Assembly (NCBI GenBank): GCA_963664875.1
Contig: OY761611.1
Coordinates: 2,880,001 to 2,944,000 of the forward strand
Reading direction: 5' to 3'
From: Candidatus Kapaibacterium sp.
Lineage (GTDB): Bacteria; Bacteroidota; Ignavibacteria; Kapaibacteriales; UBA2268
Length of the DNA stretch: 64,000 nucleotides
Within the stretch, counting starts at the first letter, position 1. The number at the start of each line of letters is the position of its first letter. Positions 10,574 to 18,547 of this stretch are shown here, piece by piece. The notes below the pieces were generated by a model that did no database searches, was not told the origin of the DNA, and was given only the letters and a program-made list of their open reading frames with translations. Made by a program: the position numbers and the translations under genes.

Positions 10574-10621
10574 GTGGGAAGATTCTTGTCTTTTTTATTT
10601 GATTTAGGGCAAATCTCCCAC
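10574..10621. terminator. Imperfect hairpin between convergent kinase and LexA-like genes
   Basis: gtgggaagatt ... aaatctcccac inverted repeat. Confidence 0.45.
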
Positions 10622-10627
10622 CTGCAT

Positions 10628-11263
10628 TTAGATTTTACTGAGTTTACCCACAATTACCCCCAATATTTGTAAGTCGCGTTCCAAATCTCCATTTATCACA
10701 GAAAAACCTTTTCCGGCAGGATGAAGTTCATATCCAAAAAGATTGCTTACATACTCACGTATGATATATCGTTCGCCTATTTTTACAGCTACTAGATTGC
10801 CATTTTCAGGAGTAATAGCTTTATCAGCTATAACAACATCTCCCGGGTTTAATCCTTTCAGCAACATAGATTTATCTATCACAAAAAGAGCCACTGCTTC
10901 TTCTGAAATTCCGAAAAATGCTTTATCTACAGCAAGGGCTGTTTCAGTAAACTCTTTTGGCGTATTGAAGATTTTTAGCCCTTCGGTTTGATTTATAGCC
11001 ACTTCTTCAGTAGTTTTTCTACCGGCTTTTTTGATTATTTTAATACCTCTCGAGGCACCCTTGGCAATTCTTTTAATATATCCTTTCTTTTCGAGTACAG
11101 TAAGTACCTGATGTACGCCATTCGTAGAAGCGAAACCAAATTCATTGCAAATATCTTTGATAGTAGGAGGCATATTGTCGCGCTTAATCACGCGTTTGAT
11201 ATAGTCGAGTATCTCTTTCTGCCTGTCTGTGAGCTGGTTTTTGTTTTTTCTTCCAACAGCCAT
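10628..11263 (-). CDS. LexA-family repressor, apparently lacking the autocleavage residues
   Basis: LTDRQKEILDYI...PPTIKDIC...GFAS winged HTH; S24-like SM and GDVV; start at ATG 11263 or 11314. Confidence 0.8.
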   Translation of the reverse strand: MAVGRKNKNQLTDRQKEILDYIKRVIKRDNMPPTIKDICNEFGFASTNGVHQVLTVLEKKGYIKRIAKGASRGIKIIKKAGRKTTEEVAINQTEGLKIFNTPKEFTETALAVDKAFFGISEEAVALFVIDKSMLLKGLNPGDVVIADKAITPENGNLVAVKIGERYIIREYVSNLFGYELHPAGKGFSVINGDLERDLQILGVIVGKLSKI

Positions 11264-11335
11264 TTTATTGCTTCCGCTATGTGAAATAGATTGATATTTA
11301 TTATAAAGACGCATTAGGTTCTGAAAGAGTATTCA

Positions 11336-11350
11336 GTAAAAATTGTGCCA
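11336..11350 (-). promoter_or_regulatory. Candidate sigma54 (-24/-12) promoter for the LexA-like gene
   Basis: Minus strand TGGCAC-AATTT-TTAC against consensus TGGCAC-N5-TTGC. Confidence 0.4.
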
Positions 11351-11505
11351 AAAATCCTACCCATTATTGCAATATTTTCATAAGTAAAATATGTAAAAAA
11401 ATAATATTGACAATAGAAATAATGAAATTGCCGATTATGCAAAAAAATGAGACATATTGGAGTGGATAAGTATTTTTCAAAAAACGTAAAAACTTTTTTT
11501 CCTAT

Positions 11506-11556
11506 AAAGTGGTGATTTGTGTTATTTGCATACATCAAAGTGGGAGAAAGTGGGTA
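11506..11556 (+). promoter_or_regulatory. MraZ-binding (DCW box) direct repeats
   Basis: AAAGTGGT (11506), AAAGTGGGAG and AAAGTGGGTA (11537-11556), GTG(G) cores at ~10-bp period upstream of mraZ. Confidence 0.75.
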
Positions 11557-11614
11557 ATGTTCCCATGATAATTCCAAACTATGCCGGCTAAAAAACAAAT
11601 TTGACAATCTGACT

Positions 11615-12061
11615 ATGGCTTTTTTTAAAGGACAAGAACTTTACTCTATGGATAGTAAAGGGAGGGTCAATATACCTGCAAAAATGCGTAAAGGTATATC
11701 GCCCGAAGCCAATGGCACCTTTACTGTTACACGTGGTAAGGATAAGTGTATCGAAGCTTATCCTCTCGACGAATGGAAGAAGTACGAAGAAAAGTTCGAA
11801 GCCCTCAATCAATACGATCCGCAGAACAGACGCTTCCTAAGGATGATATTGATGTGGTCAGAAGAAGTCAATTTGGATAGTCAGCAGCGAATTACTGTTC
11901 CAAAAAAATTGTTGGAATACGCAGGCATCAACAGCAAAGTGTTGATTTGCGGTATGGGTGATCATATTGAATTATGGGATCCTGACGAGTTTGACAAATA
12001 CTTAGATAGTGAAGATATTAGCTACGAAGAAGTTTCCGGTACTGTGATGGGCGAAGAGTAA
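11615..12061 (+). CDS. mraZ: Division/cell wall cluster transcriptional repressor MraZ
   Basis: MDSKGRVNIP, LDSQQRITVP, GDHIELW; directly upstream of rsmH. Confidence 0.97.
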   Translation: MAFFKGQELYSMDSKGRVNIPAKMRKGISPEANGTFTVTRGKDKCIEAYPLDEWKKYEEKFEALNQYDPQNRRFLRMILMWSEEVNLDSQQRITVPKKLLEYAGINSKVLICGMGDHIELWDPDEFDKYLDSEDISYEEVSGTVMGEE

Positions 12062-13071
12062 TGAGCAAAAAGAAAGCATCACAGCACAAGTCAGGCAGGA
12101 CGCGAATAGACAAAAGCATGGCGGCAGAGTATAATTACCATTTGCCGGTAATGCTCAAGGAAACAATCGATTTTCTGGTTACAGACACCAATGGTATTTA
12201 TATAGACGGAACGCTCGGAGGTGGTGGGCATGCGGCCGAGATTTTGCAAAGGATAGATTCTGGGGGGAAACTATACGCCTTTGACAAACACAGCACTGCT
12301 ATCGAGCATTGTAATGCAAGATTTGCTGAAGAACTCATAAGAGGAACTTCGAGTCGTCTCCGTTTATATAATTACTGCTATTCGGAAGTCTGCAACTTTG
12401 ATGAAATTAGGGGGCAAATATCAGGTCTCTTGTTGGATCTTGGCGTTTCCTCAAAGCAGTTAGACACAGACTCTCTCGGACTTAGCTACAGAGTGGATTC
12501 CAAACTCGATATGAGATTTGGAGATACTGGTTTGACAGCAGGAGACCTGTTATATTCCGTTTCCGAAGATGAACTAATCGAGATACTCCGCAATTATGGC
12601 GAAGAGCCTATGGCTCGCAGAATAGCCAAAGCCATTATTCTCAAACGCAATGCTAACTCAATGAATACTACGTTCGATCTACGAGCGGCAGTAGAGTCAT
12701 GTGTGCCGACCGCACTCCATTTTAAAGCAATGTCGCGTGTATTCCAGGCTATTCGCATAGCAGTCAATCAGGAACTAAAGGTGCTGGAAGATACTTTGAA
12801 AGGAATAATTCCTATGTTGGCACCGGGCGGAAGAATAGTAATTTTATCATACCACTCTTTAGAAGACAGAATAGTAAAAAGTATATTCAAAGAATATTCA
12901 AAAAAAATAAAAGTCAACAAACAACATCCCGACTACAACAAAGAAGGCAACTTGCCACCTCTAACCTTGCTTACTCCTAAGCCTATGCTTCCGAGCGAGC
13001 AAGAAATCCAAATCAACCCACGAGCAAGAAGTGCGAAGCTCAGAGTAGCAGAGAAGACTGTGGTGGAGTGA
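12061..13071 (+). CDS. rsmH: 16S rRNA m4C1402 methyltransferase RsmH
   Basis: HLPVML, DGTLGGGGH, DLGVSS, FQAIRIAVN, SYHSLEDR, NPRARSAKLR. Confidence 0.97.
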   Translation: MSKKKASQHKSGRTRIDKSMAAEYNYHLPVMLKETIDFLVTDTNGIYIDGTLGGGGHAAEILQRIDSGGKLYAFDKHSTAIEHCNARFAEELIRGTSSRLRLYNYCYSEVCNFDEIRGQISGLLLDLGVSSKQLDTDSLGLSYRVDSKLDMRFGDTGLTAGDLLYSVSEDELIEILRNYGEEPMARRIAKAIILKRNANSMNTTFDLRAAVESCVPTALHFKAMSRVFQAIRIAVNQELKVLEDTLKGIIPMLAPGGRIVILSYHSLEDRIVKSIFKEYSKKIKVNKQHPDYNKEGNLPPLTLLTPKPMLPSEQEIQINPRARSAKLRVAEKTVVE

Positions 13072-13073
13072 CG

Positions 13074-13129
13074 ATTACTTCGATACTTCGACAAACTCAA
13101 TACATCTCCTGCTTTTCTCGCTCAGTGAT
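13074..13129 (+). repeat. Degenerate nested CTTCGAC...CTCAG-type short palindromic repeat
   Basis: Outer ATTACT-TCGA...CTCGCTC-AGTGAT enclosing inner TACTTCGACAAACTCAATA. Confidence 0.45.
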
Positions 13130-13255
13130 TCTAGATAGTGGCGTTTTTTTGCCGAAAGCTACATCTTATTAAACTTAAATACTGTAAATAATGCCTTATT
13201 GTGTGCTCGTCTCGTTAGTCAAAAATTACATCTTATTATTAAATTATGAGAGTTT

Positions 13256-13284
13256 TGCCGCAAGCTAAAGCATGCGGTTGCACT
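13256..13284 (-). repeat. REP-like palindrome, left copy
   Basis: Exact 29-bp reverse complement of 13876-13904; internal CCGCA..GCTTTAGC..TGCGG hairpin. Confidence 0.88.
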
Positions 13285-13379
13285 GTAGATACAATTTATG
13301 TCTATTTGAACCATCTCATATTTTAGCTATGAAGGAAACTATAGTATATCTTTTTGTACAAATTTTGTGAATTGTTAAT

Positions 13380-13865
13380 ATGGTACAAAAAAACAAGATA
13401 TGGCATGTGACCTGGGTTACTCGTAATAGTAGAATTAGCGAAAGGATGACTCTATATAAGGTTAAGCTTGAAAATCCAGTCATACTCACTGATGAAATGC
13501 GTAATATTATTGTAGAAAGTATCAAACGAAAAACACAAGAAGAAGCATTGGAAATCTATGCTTTTAATGTACTACTTGATCATGTCCATATTCTTATTAA
13601 ATCATCTGAAACTGAATTTGAAGAAATTGTTCGTAAATTAAAAGGGTATTCTTCTTATCAAATATCCAAAACTCTGGGTTACACATTAAAAAGTCAAGGA
13701 AAGCAGACAAAAATATGGGCTAAAAGCTTCAGCAAAACTTTAATCAGAGATATGAACCATCTTGGTGAATCGGTAAACTATATAAAAAACAATCACCTAA
13801 AACATGGTGTTTCTCAATGTAAAGCACTCTCTGTGTTCTCTCCAAGTACAATAAAGCAGTATTAA
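13380..13865 (+). mobile_element. REP-associated tyrosine transposase (RAYT / IS200-like Y1 HUH enzyme)
   Basis: WHVTWVT, HUH motif DHVHIL, LKGYSS, IWAKSF..LIRD, YIKNN with candidate catalytic Tyr; flanked by inverted REPs. Confidence 0.85.
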
Positions 13866-13875
13866 ATTATATGAG

Positions 13876-13904
13876 AGTGCAACCGCATGCTTTAGCTTGC
13901 GGCA
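13876..13904 (+). repeat. REP-like palindrome, right copy
   Basis: AGTGCAACCGCATGCTTTAGCTTGCGGCA, 10 nt after the transposase stop. Confidence 0.88.
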
Positions 13905-13977
13905 TTTTTAACTACTGATTTTTTTACTTGCTATTAACAATATTTTTACATATTTTTACTTCCAGCGATTAAGATTT

Positions 13978-14037
13978 CCGAACGGGTTTTGCGTATATTT
14001 AGCAGCACTAATTAGCACGAGCCTGTTCGGTTTTTTT
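13978..14037 (+). terminator. Long GU-containing hairpin with U-tract
   Basis: ccgaacgggttttgc pairs with gcacgagcctgttcgg, followed by T7. Confidence 0.6.
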
Positions 14038-14256
14038 ATTTTGCCCTCAAAATGTCTATACTTTTAGTCAAATCTGGTTTATTCATTATTCCGGTTTATT
14101 GCTGAAAGTTACCGATATATCCTATCACATTCGATGTTTTTAATGCCAACGATTTATTACCGAGATTAGACTTTCGTATCTTATGATTTCTAAGAAAAGC
14201 TAAGAAAGATAAATTTGTATTTGTTATCAAACTGTATTATATATCACATTATTCAA

Positions 14257-14994
14257 ATGACAGATGAGAATCAAATGCACACAAAGCTGACTGCAAACTC
14301 AGAAGTATCTGCACATCAGGCAGACTACCTAAGACGCTTAAAACTTAGTAGTTTCTTTGATATAATGCAGGACGGAGCATACAAAAATGCTGACGATTAT
14401 GGCTATGGTTTTTACGATATGGACGACAAGGGTCTCGTATGGGTCATTTCAAGAATCAAAGTAATCTGGGAGAATGACGCATACTTTGAAGACTCGCTCA
14501 AATTTTCTACTTGGGCAAAAGGTCTTGAGCGCCTATTTTTTAAGCGTGACTATGTTTTGGAATCTCAAGGAAAAACTATAGCAAAAGCCACAGCGTTGTG
14601 GCTGATTATTGATGAAAAAACTCGCCGGCCTCAAAGACCCAATGTTATAACGGATTACCAAACTAAATTCATAGACGAAAGTGCAATAGACGAAATTCCT
14701 CGCAAGATTGACATCATAGAAGATACTGAATTCGTTTTTACTAAATCAGTAAGGCATTGCGATATTGATATCAATGGTCACATGAACAACGAAAGATACG
14801 TAGAACTTGCATTAGATGCCCTTCCAAAGGAGCATTTCGAGAGAAAGCTAAAAACATTCGAGATAGAATTTAAACAGGAATGTAACTTTGGGGACGAACT
14901 TATATTAACCCGAAAAATTTTCGACAATTCTGTTTATGTTAGAGCGTGTAATGACTTAGGGGAATGCGTTTTTGCATCAATATTTGAGTTTTAA
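14257..14994 (+). CDS. Acyl-ACP thioesterase (double hotdog fold)
   Basis: WVISRIKV, TWAKG, DIDINGHMNNERY, EFKQECNFG. Confidence 0.9.
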   Translation: MTDENQMHTKLTANSEVSAHQADYLRRLKLSSFFDIMQDGAYKNADDYGYGFYDMDDKGLVWVISRIKVIWENDAYFEDSLKFSTWAKGLERLFFKRDYVLESQGKTIAKATALWLIIDEKTRRPQRPNVITDYQTKFIDESAIDEIPRKIDIIEDTEFVFTKSVRHCDIDINGHMNNERYVELALDALPKEHFERKLKTFEIEFKQECNFGDELILTRKIFDNSVYVRACNDLGECVFASIFEF

Positions 14995-15066
14995 GAAGTA
15001 AAGTTTGGTACAATCCTAAAAAAATAATTACACAGTTTGATAAACTTTTAACAAAATCACACGCAC

Positions 15067-16026
15067 ATGAAAAGAATCGGTATTTTGACAAGTGGGGGCG
15101 ACGCTCCCGGAATGAATGCTCATGTAAGAGCGGTCGTTCGTACTGCTCTTGCTCGGGGAGTTGAAGTCTATGGAATTATAGGCGGTTACTCAGGCATGAT
15201 TGAGGGCAATTTCGAAAAGCTCGGCAGAAAAGAAACTGCCAATATTATTGCTCGCGGTGGCACTATCCTTAAAACAAGCCGCTCCAAAGAATTTATGAAT
15301 GCCGGCGGACGTGCAGCAGCCGCTGACAGTATTCGTGAGGCAGGTATCGAAGGTATTATCGCTTGCGGCGGTAATGGAACATTGCAGGGTGCTCACGCGC
15401 TTTGGGAAGAGCACGGCATTCCGATTGTCGGCACTCCCGGCACTATTGATAACGACCTTTACGGAACATACTATACTATCGGCTATGATACTGCTCTTAA
15501 CACAGCTGCAGAAGCAATTGACCGAATTCGTGACACTGCTGATTCGCATGGTCGTGTTTTCTTAATTGAAGTAATGGGCAGACATGCCGGCTTTATAGCA
15601 ATGGATGTTGGTATCGCCACGGGAGCTGAGTTCATAGCAGTTCCTGAGTCACTAACTAATATGGATACACTCTATCAGCGAATACTCAAGCAAGGCAAGA
15701 CACGAAGAACTATCGTTATCGTTGGTGAAGGTGACGAAAACGGAGGAGCCACTAAAATGGGGCAAATTCTTCAGGAAAAATATGATATCAATCCGAAAGT
15801 AACAATACTAGGGCATATCCAACGTGGTGGCAGCCCAACTGTTAGAGACAGAGTTCTCGCAAGCCACCTTGGAGTAGAAGCAGTAAATGCCCTTTTAGAC
15901 GGTAAAACAGATGTAATGATTGGCAGAAAATATCACGAAATCCAATATACCCCTCTAAAAGATACCTGGACGAAGAAAAAAGAGCTTTGGAAGTATCTAA
16001 TCGATCTTTCCGATATGTTAATATAA
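15067..16026 (+). CDS. pfkA: ATP-dependent 6-phosphofructokinase
   Basis: TSGGDAPGMNA, GGTILKTSR, PGTIDND, EVMGR, LGHIQRGG. Confidence 0.96.
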   Translation: MKRIGILTSGGDAPGMNAHVRAVVRTALARGVEVYGIIGGYSGMIEGNFEKLGRKETANIIARGGTILKTSRSKEFMNAGGRAAAADSIREAGIEGIIACGGNGTLQGAHALWEEHGIPIVGTPGTIDNDLYGTYYTIGYDTALNTAAEAIDRIRDTADSHGRVFLIEVMGRHAGFIAMDVGIATGAEFIAVPESLTNMDTLYQRILKQGKTRRTIVIVGEGDENGGATKMGQILQEKYDINPKVTILGHIQRGGSPTVRDRVLASHLGVEAVNALLDGKTDVMIGRKYHEIQYTPLKDTWTKKKELWKYLIDLSDMLI

Positions 16027-16048
16027 CAACGTACATCAGTAGTTTATT

Positions 16049-16086
16049 GCTCTCTATTCTAATTTGCAGGATAGGGAGTTTTTTTT
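16049..16086 (+). terminator. Intrinsic terminator after pfkA
   Basis: gctctctattct/aggatagggagt stem followed by a T-tract. Confidence 0.75.
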
Positions 16087-16254
16087 GTGAGAAAAAGTAA
16101 TTTATATTGTTTATTAAAATATTTTTTAATACTTTTTATAGAGGTGCTAAGGGCTGTATAGGTTTAACAATCTCACACTTGAAAAAGTTTAAAGAGATTA
16201 GAGTAGGTAAGCACTAAATGCGCTTACACTTGTTAAACCGATATTGGAGGTAGT

Positions 16255-16416
16255 ATGCAAAATACCACTGAAAATACAAAAAAGAGCGGCAGCCCTGACA
16301 AGCCCCACCGCTCTTTTTTGAAATACTTAACTCAAAGCATTGAAGCTGTGAGTAAGTTAACGTCGCTAGCTAAAGGGATTAAATCTCTTTTAAAAGCGAT
16401 AAGTGAGATATTCTAA
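16255..16416 (+). CDS. Unannotated 53-aa peptide with an amphipathic C-terminal helix (candidate type I toxin)
   Basis: GGAGG 4 nt before ATG; MQNTTENTKKSGSPDKPHRSFLKYLTQSIEAVSKLTSLAKGIKSLLKAISEIF; own promoter candidate and downstream hairpin. Confidence 0.6.
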   Translation: MQNTTENTKKSGSPDKPHRSFLKYLTQSIEAVSKLTSLAKGIKSLLKAISEIF

Positions 16417-16466
16417 TCTCGCAATTGGATGTCCCTTTTCTTTCGAGACGAGGGGCATCCTCTTGT
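16277..16466 (-). ncRNA. Candidate cis-antisense RNA (~190 nt) to the 53-aa ORF
   Basis: Minus-strand TTGGAT-N17-TATATT promoter (16501-16473) and a terminator inside the ORF (13-bp stem at 16277-16320, extended by GU pairs only on minus). Confidence 0.5.
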
Positions 16467-16470
16467 TATT
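16427..16470 (+). terminator. Hairpin terminating the peptide mRNA
   Basis: ggatgtccct/aggggcatcc stem capped by tct-TTCG-aga, followed by tcttgttatt. Confidence 0.6.
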
Positions 16471-16589
16471 GTAATATACTAAGTAATTGATATATATCCA
16501 AATAAGGAAACCTTTTTAAATATATACCTGTACTGTTTTTTTAGAATTGAAAATATTATTGAGCGTTAGCTTATACTATCAACTATCAA

Positions 16590-17129
16590 TTATTCAATGA
16601 TTGTATAAATAGGGCCTTTGTTTGTAAGTTCGCTTGCTACTAATTTCACATCAAATCCATCCATAAATCCAAACTGTTTATCTTTATAAGTTTTGATTTT
16701 TTGTGAAAATGTATTTTTATCTGCTTCTTTTATTCTAATCAGTGTAAGGTGCGATTGGAATTTATGTTTTTCGCGAGCAAAGCCAATTTTTTCTAACTTT
16801 GATTCTATTTGACCGGCTATTTTGTTTAATATATTTGCTTCCGAAAAGACAGGAACATAAAGAAGACGAGGATTGTGCAAATTGGGAAATGCTCCTACTC
16901 CCGAAAATGATAGATTGCGTTTGAAATGCTTTAATTCGTCTTTCAAAGCATCCTTTATCTCCGGAATCTTTGACTCTTCTGTGTCCCCGAGGAATTTGAA
17001 AGTAAAATGCAGATTGGAGTGTTCGACCCATTTACCTTTAATGCAGCCTGCAAAATCATCTTTGATGTCATCTAATACAAATCGGAATATATCCTGATCG
17101 ACAAAAGTAGCGAGAAATAATCTTTTCAT
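16590..17129 (-). CDS. thpR: RNA 2',3'-cyclic phosphodiesterase (2H family)
   Basis: RLFLA; two HxT motifs LHFTFKFLG and SHLTL; C-terminal GPIY. Confidence 0.92.
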   Translation of the reverse strand: MKRLFLATFVDQDIFRFVLDDIKDDFAGCIKGKWVEHSNLHFTFKFLGDTEESKIPEIKDALKDELKHFKRNLSFSGVGAFPNLHNPRLLYVPVFSEANILNKIAGQIESKLEKIGFAREKHKFQSHLTLIRIKEADKNTFSQKIKTYKDKQFGFMDGFDVKLVASELTNKGPIYTIIE

Positions 17130-17141
17130 TTGAAAAACCTG

Positions 17142-18335
17142 TTAGAAATCAAATTCAGCTTTTAATAAAGGCAAAATACTATATTCTTTTTTTTCTGCAA
17201 TGAAATAAATTGCACCGAGCTTGAAAGAAATATTATAAAAGTTGTACTGTATTGCGTTGCTAAGGATATAAGCCTTGCCTTGTGCTTCTTTTAGCATACT
17301 TGCTTCGCTTGTATAGTAAAAATTATTGTAGAGTCTAAATACTCCTGCCAAGTTCAAAATATTAGAAGCAAAATCTTTTTCCATCTCTGACTGGTAAGAA
17401 TACAATACAGAAATGTTATTCTCATCACTACCGAAATTAAGACCTAAATGTAAAAGTCCCGGCATTTTACCCTCTTTATGGAATGCAATTGCTTCTGCAA
17501 ATAGTTTGAGAGACTTTGTTAAAGGAACAGCCCCCTTTACTGAAAAAGATATTGGGTACTTTCCGCTTTGTTCGTAAAGTATTGGCATTGCAAAGCCTCC
17601 GCCTATTTGCAGCCAGTGGCTGATGTTATAACTAACAGTTGTATAATATAAATCTATAACTTCAGCCTTCACTTCTTCTGCATTCCCAATGTATGCTGAG
17701 GGTAAAAATAAATATCTGCTACTAAAGCGGTTTATTATATTCTGATAGTCAAACATTGTATCACCATTAATGCTGATGATGCTTTCAAGGTTCAAATGTA
17801 AAGTATCATTGTCTCTAATTGCACTACAAGCTGCTGAGTTCAGCCCGACTACCCTGCAATCAAAATCCCCGTATTCATAGGTACGGAGTGTTATGCTTTC
17901 TCTCTTATTTTTGATAAGTTGTATCAGGTTAAAAAGTCTAATATCGGGGAAGTCGTCAGAATACTTATCTTCAATCACATCAATTGGCAACTGCATGATT
18001 CCTGCACCTGTGTCTAAAAGAATTTTGTCTTGACTTAATCCGAAGAAGATGCCTTTGCATTTTTCAATTCTTTTTAAATAAATTGGCAGGCCTTTAGGCA
18101 ATATCTCTAACTTTTCGCGGAAAGATAACTCCGGGAGAGAAAAGAGCATCTCTATTCTGTTTTTTGGAATATGCTTTAGTTTGTTATTGTTAAAAATTGA
18201 AATATTGAGACTATCGTGAGAGTTTATCTTGCCGATGATTATATGCCTTGAATTTGTAACAAGAATATCTATGCTCATGGCAGAATGTAGCATTGTAAAC
18301 AGTAATCCGGCAATGAGTATTGCATAATTTGGCAT
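17142..18335 (-). CDS. Hypothetical exported protein with probable C-terminal outer-membrane beta-barrel
   Basis: Signal peptide; alternating amphipathic strands; ends in aromatic AEFDF. Confidence 0.55.
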   Translation of the reverse strand: MPNYAILIAGLLFTMLHSAMSIDILVTNSRHIIIGKINSHDSLNISIFNNNKLKHIPKNRIEMLFSLPELSFREKLEILPKGLPIYLKRIEKCKGIFFGLSQDKILLDTGAGIMQLPIDVIEDKYSDDFPDIRLFNLIQLIKNKRESITLRTYEYGDFDCRVVGLNSAACSAIRDNDTLHLNLESIISINGDTMFDYQNIINRFSSRYLFLPSAYIGNAEEVKAEVIDLYYTTVSYNISHWLQIGGGFAMPILYEQSGKYPISFSVKGAVPLTKSLKLFAEAIAFHKEGKMPGLLHLGLNFGSDENNISVLYSYQSEMEKDFASNILNLAGVFRLYNNFYYTSEASMLKEAQGKAYILSNAIQYNFYNISFKLGAIYFIAEKKEYSILPLLKAEFDF

Positions 18336-18547
18336 TGGTTTGGATTCTAATCATCAAACATAATTGCAAATATAAATCAAATGATGTATTCTAAAGAAAT
18401 AACTTCAAGCTTTTTCCGTAAATTTGTTTGGTAGGCAAGGAATTTATAATCACACCTTGCCTTATACGATTTAGAATAGTATATTGATATTATGTAATCA
18501 TATCTTTTGACTGAACAGAAAATATCAACTTTCAAGATAGAGCTATT

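Noticed and set aside
11314-11607. 97-aa minus-strand ORF between the LexA-like gene and mraZ
   Set aside because: F/Y-rich translation of AT-rich promoter DNA containing the MraZ boxes; no coding signal.
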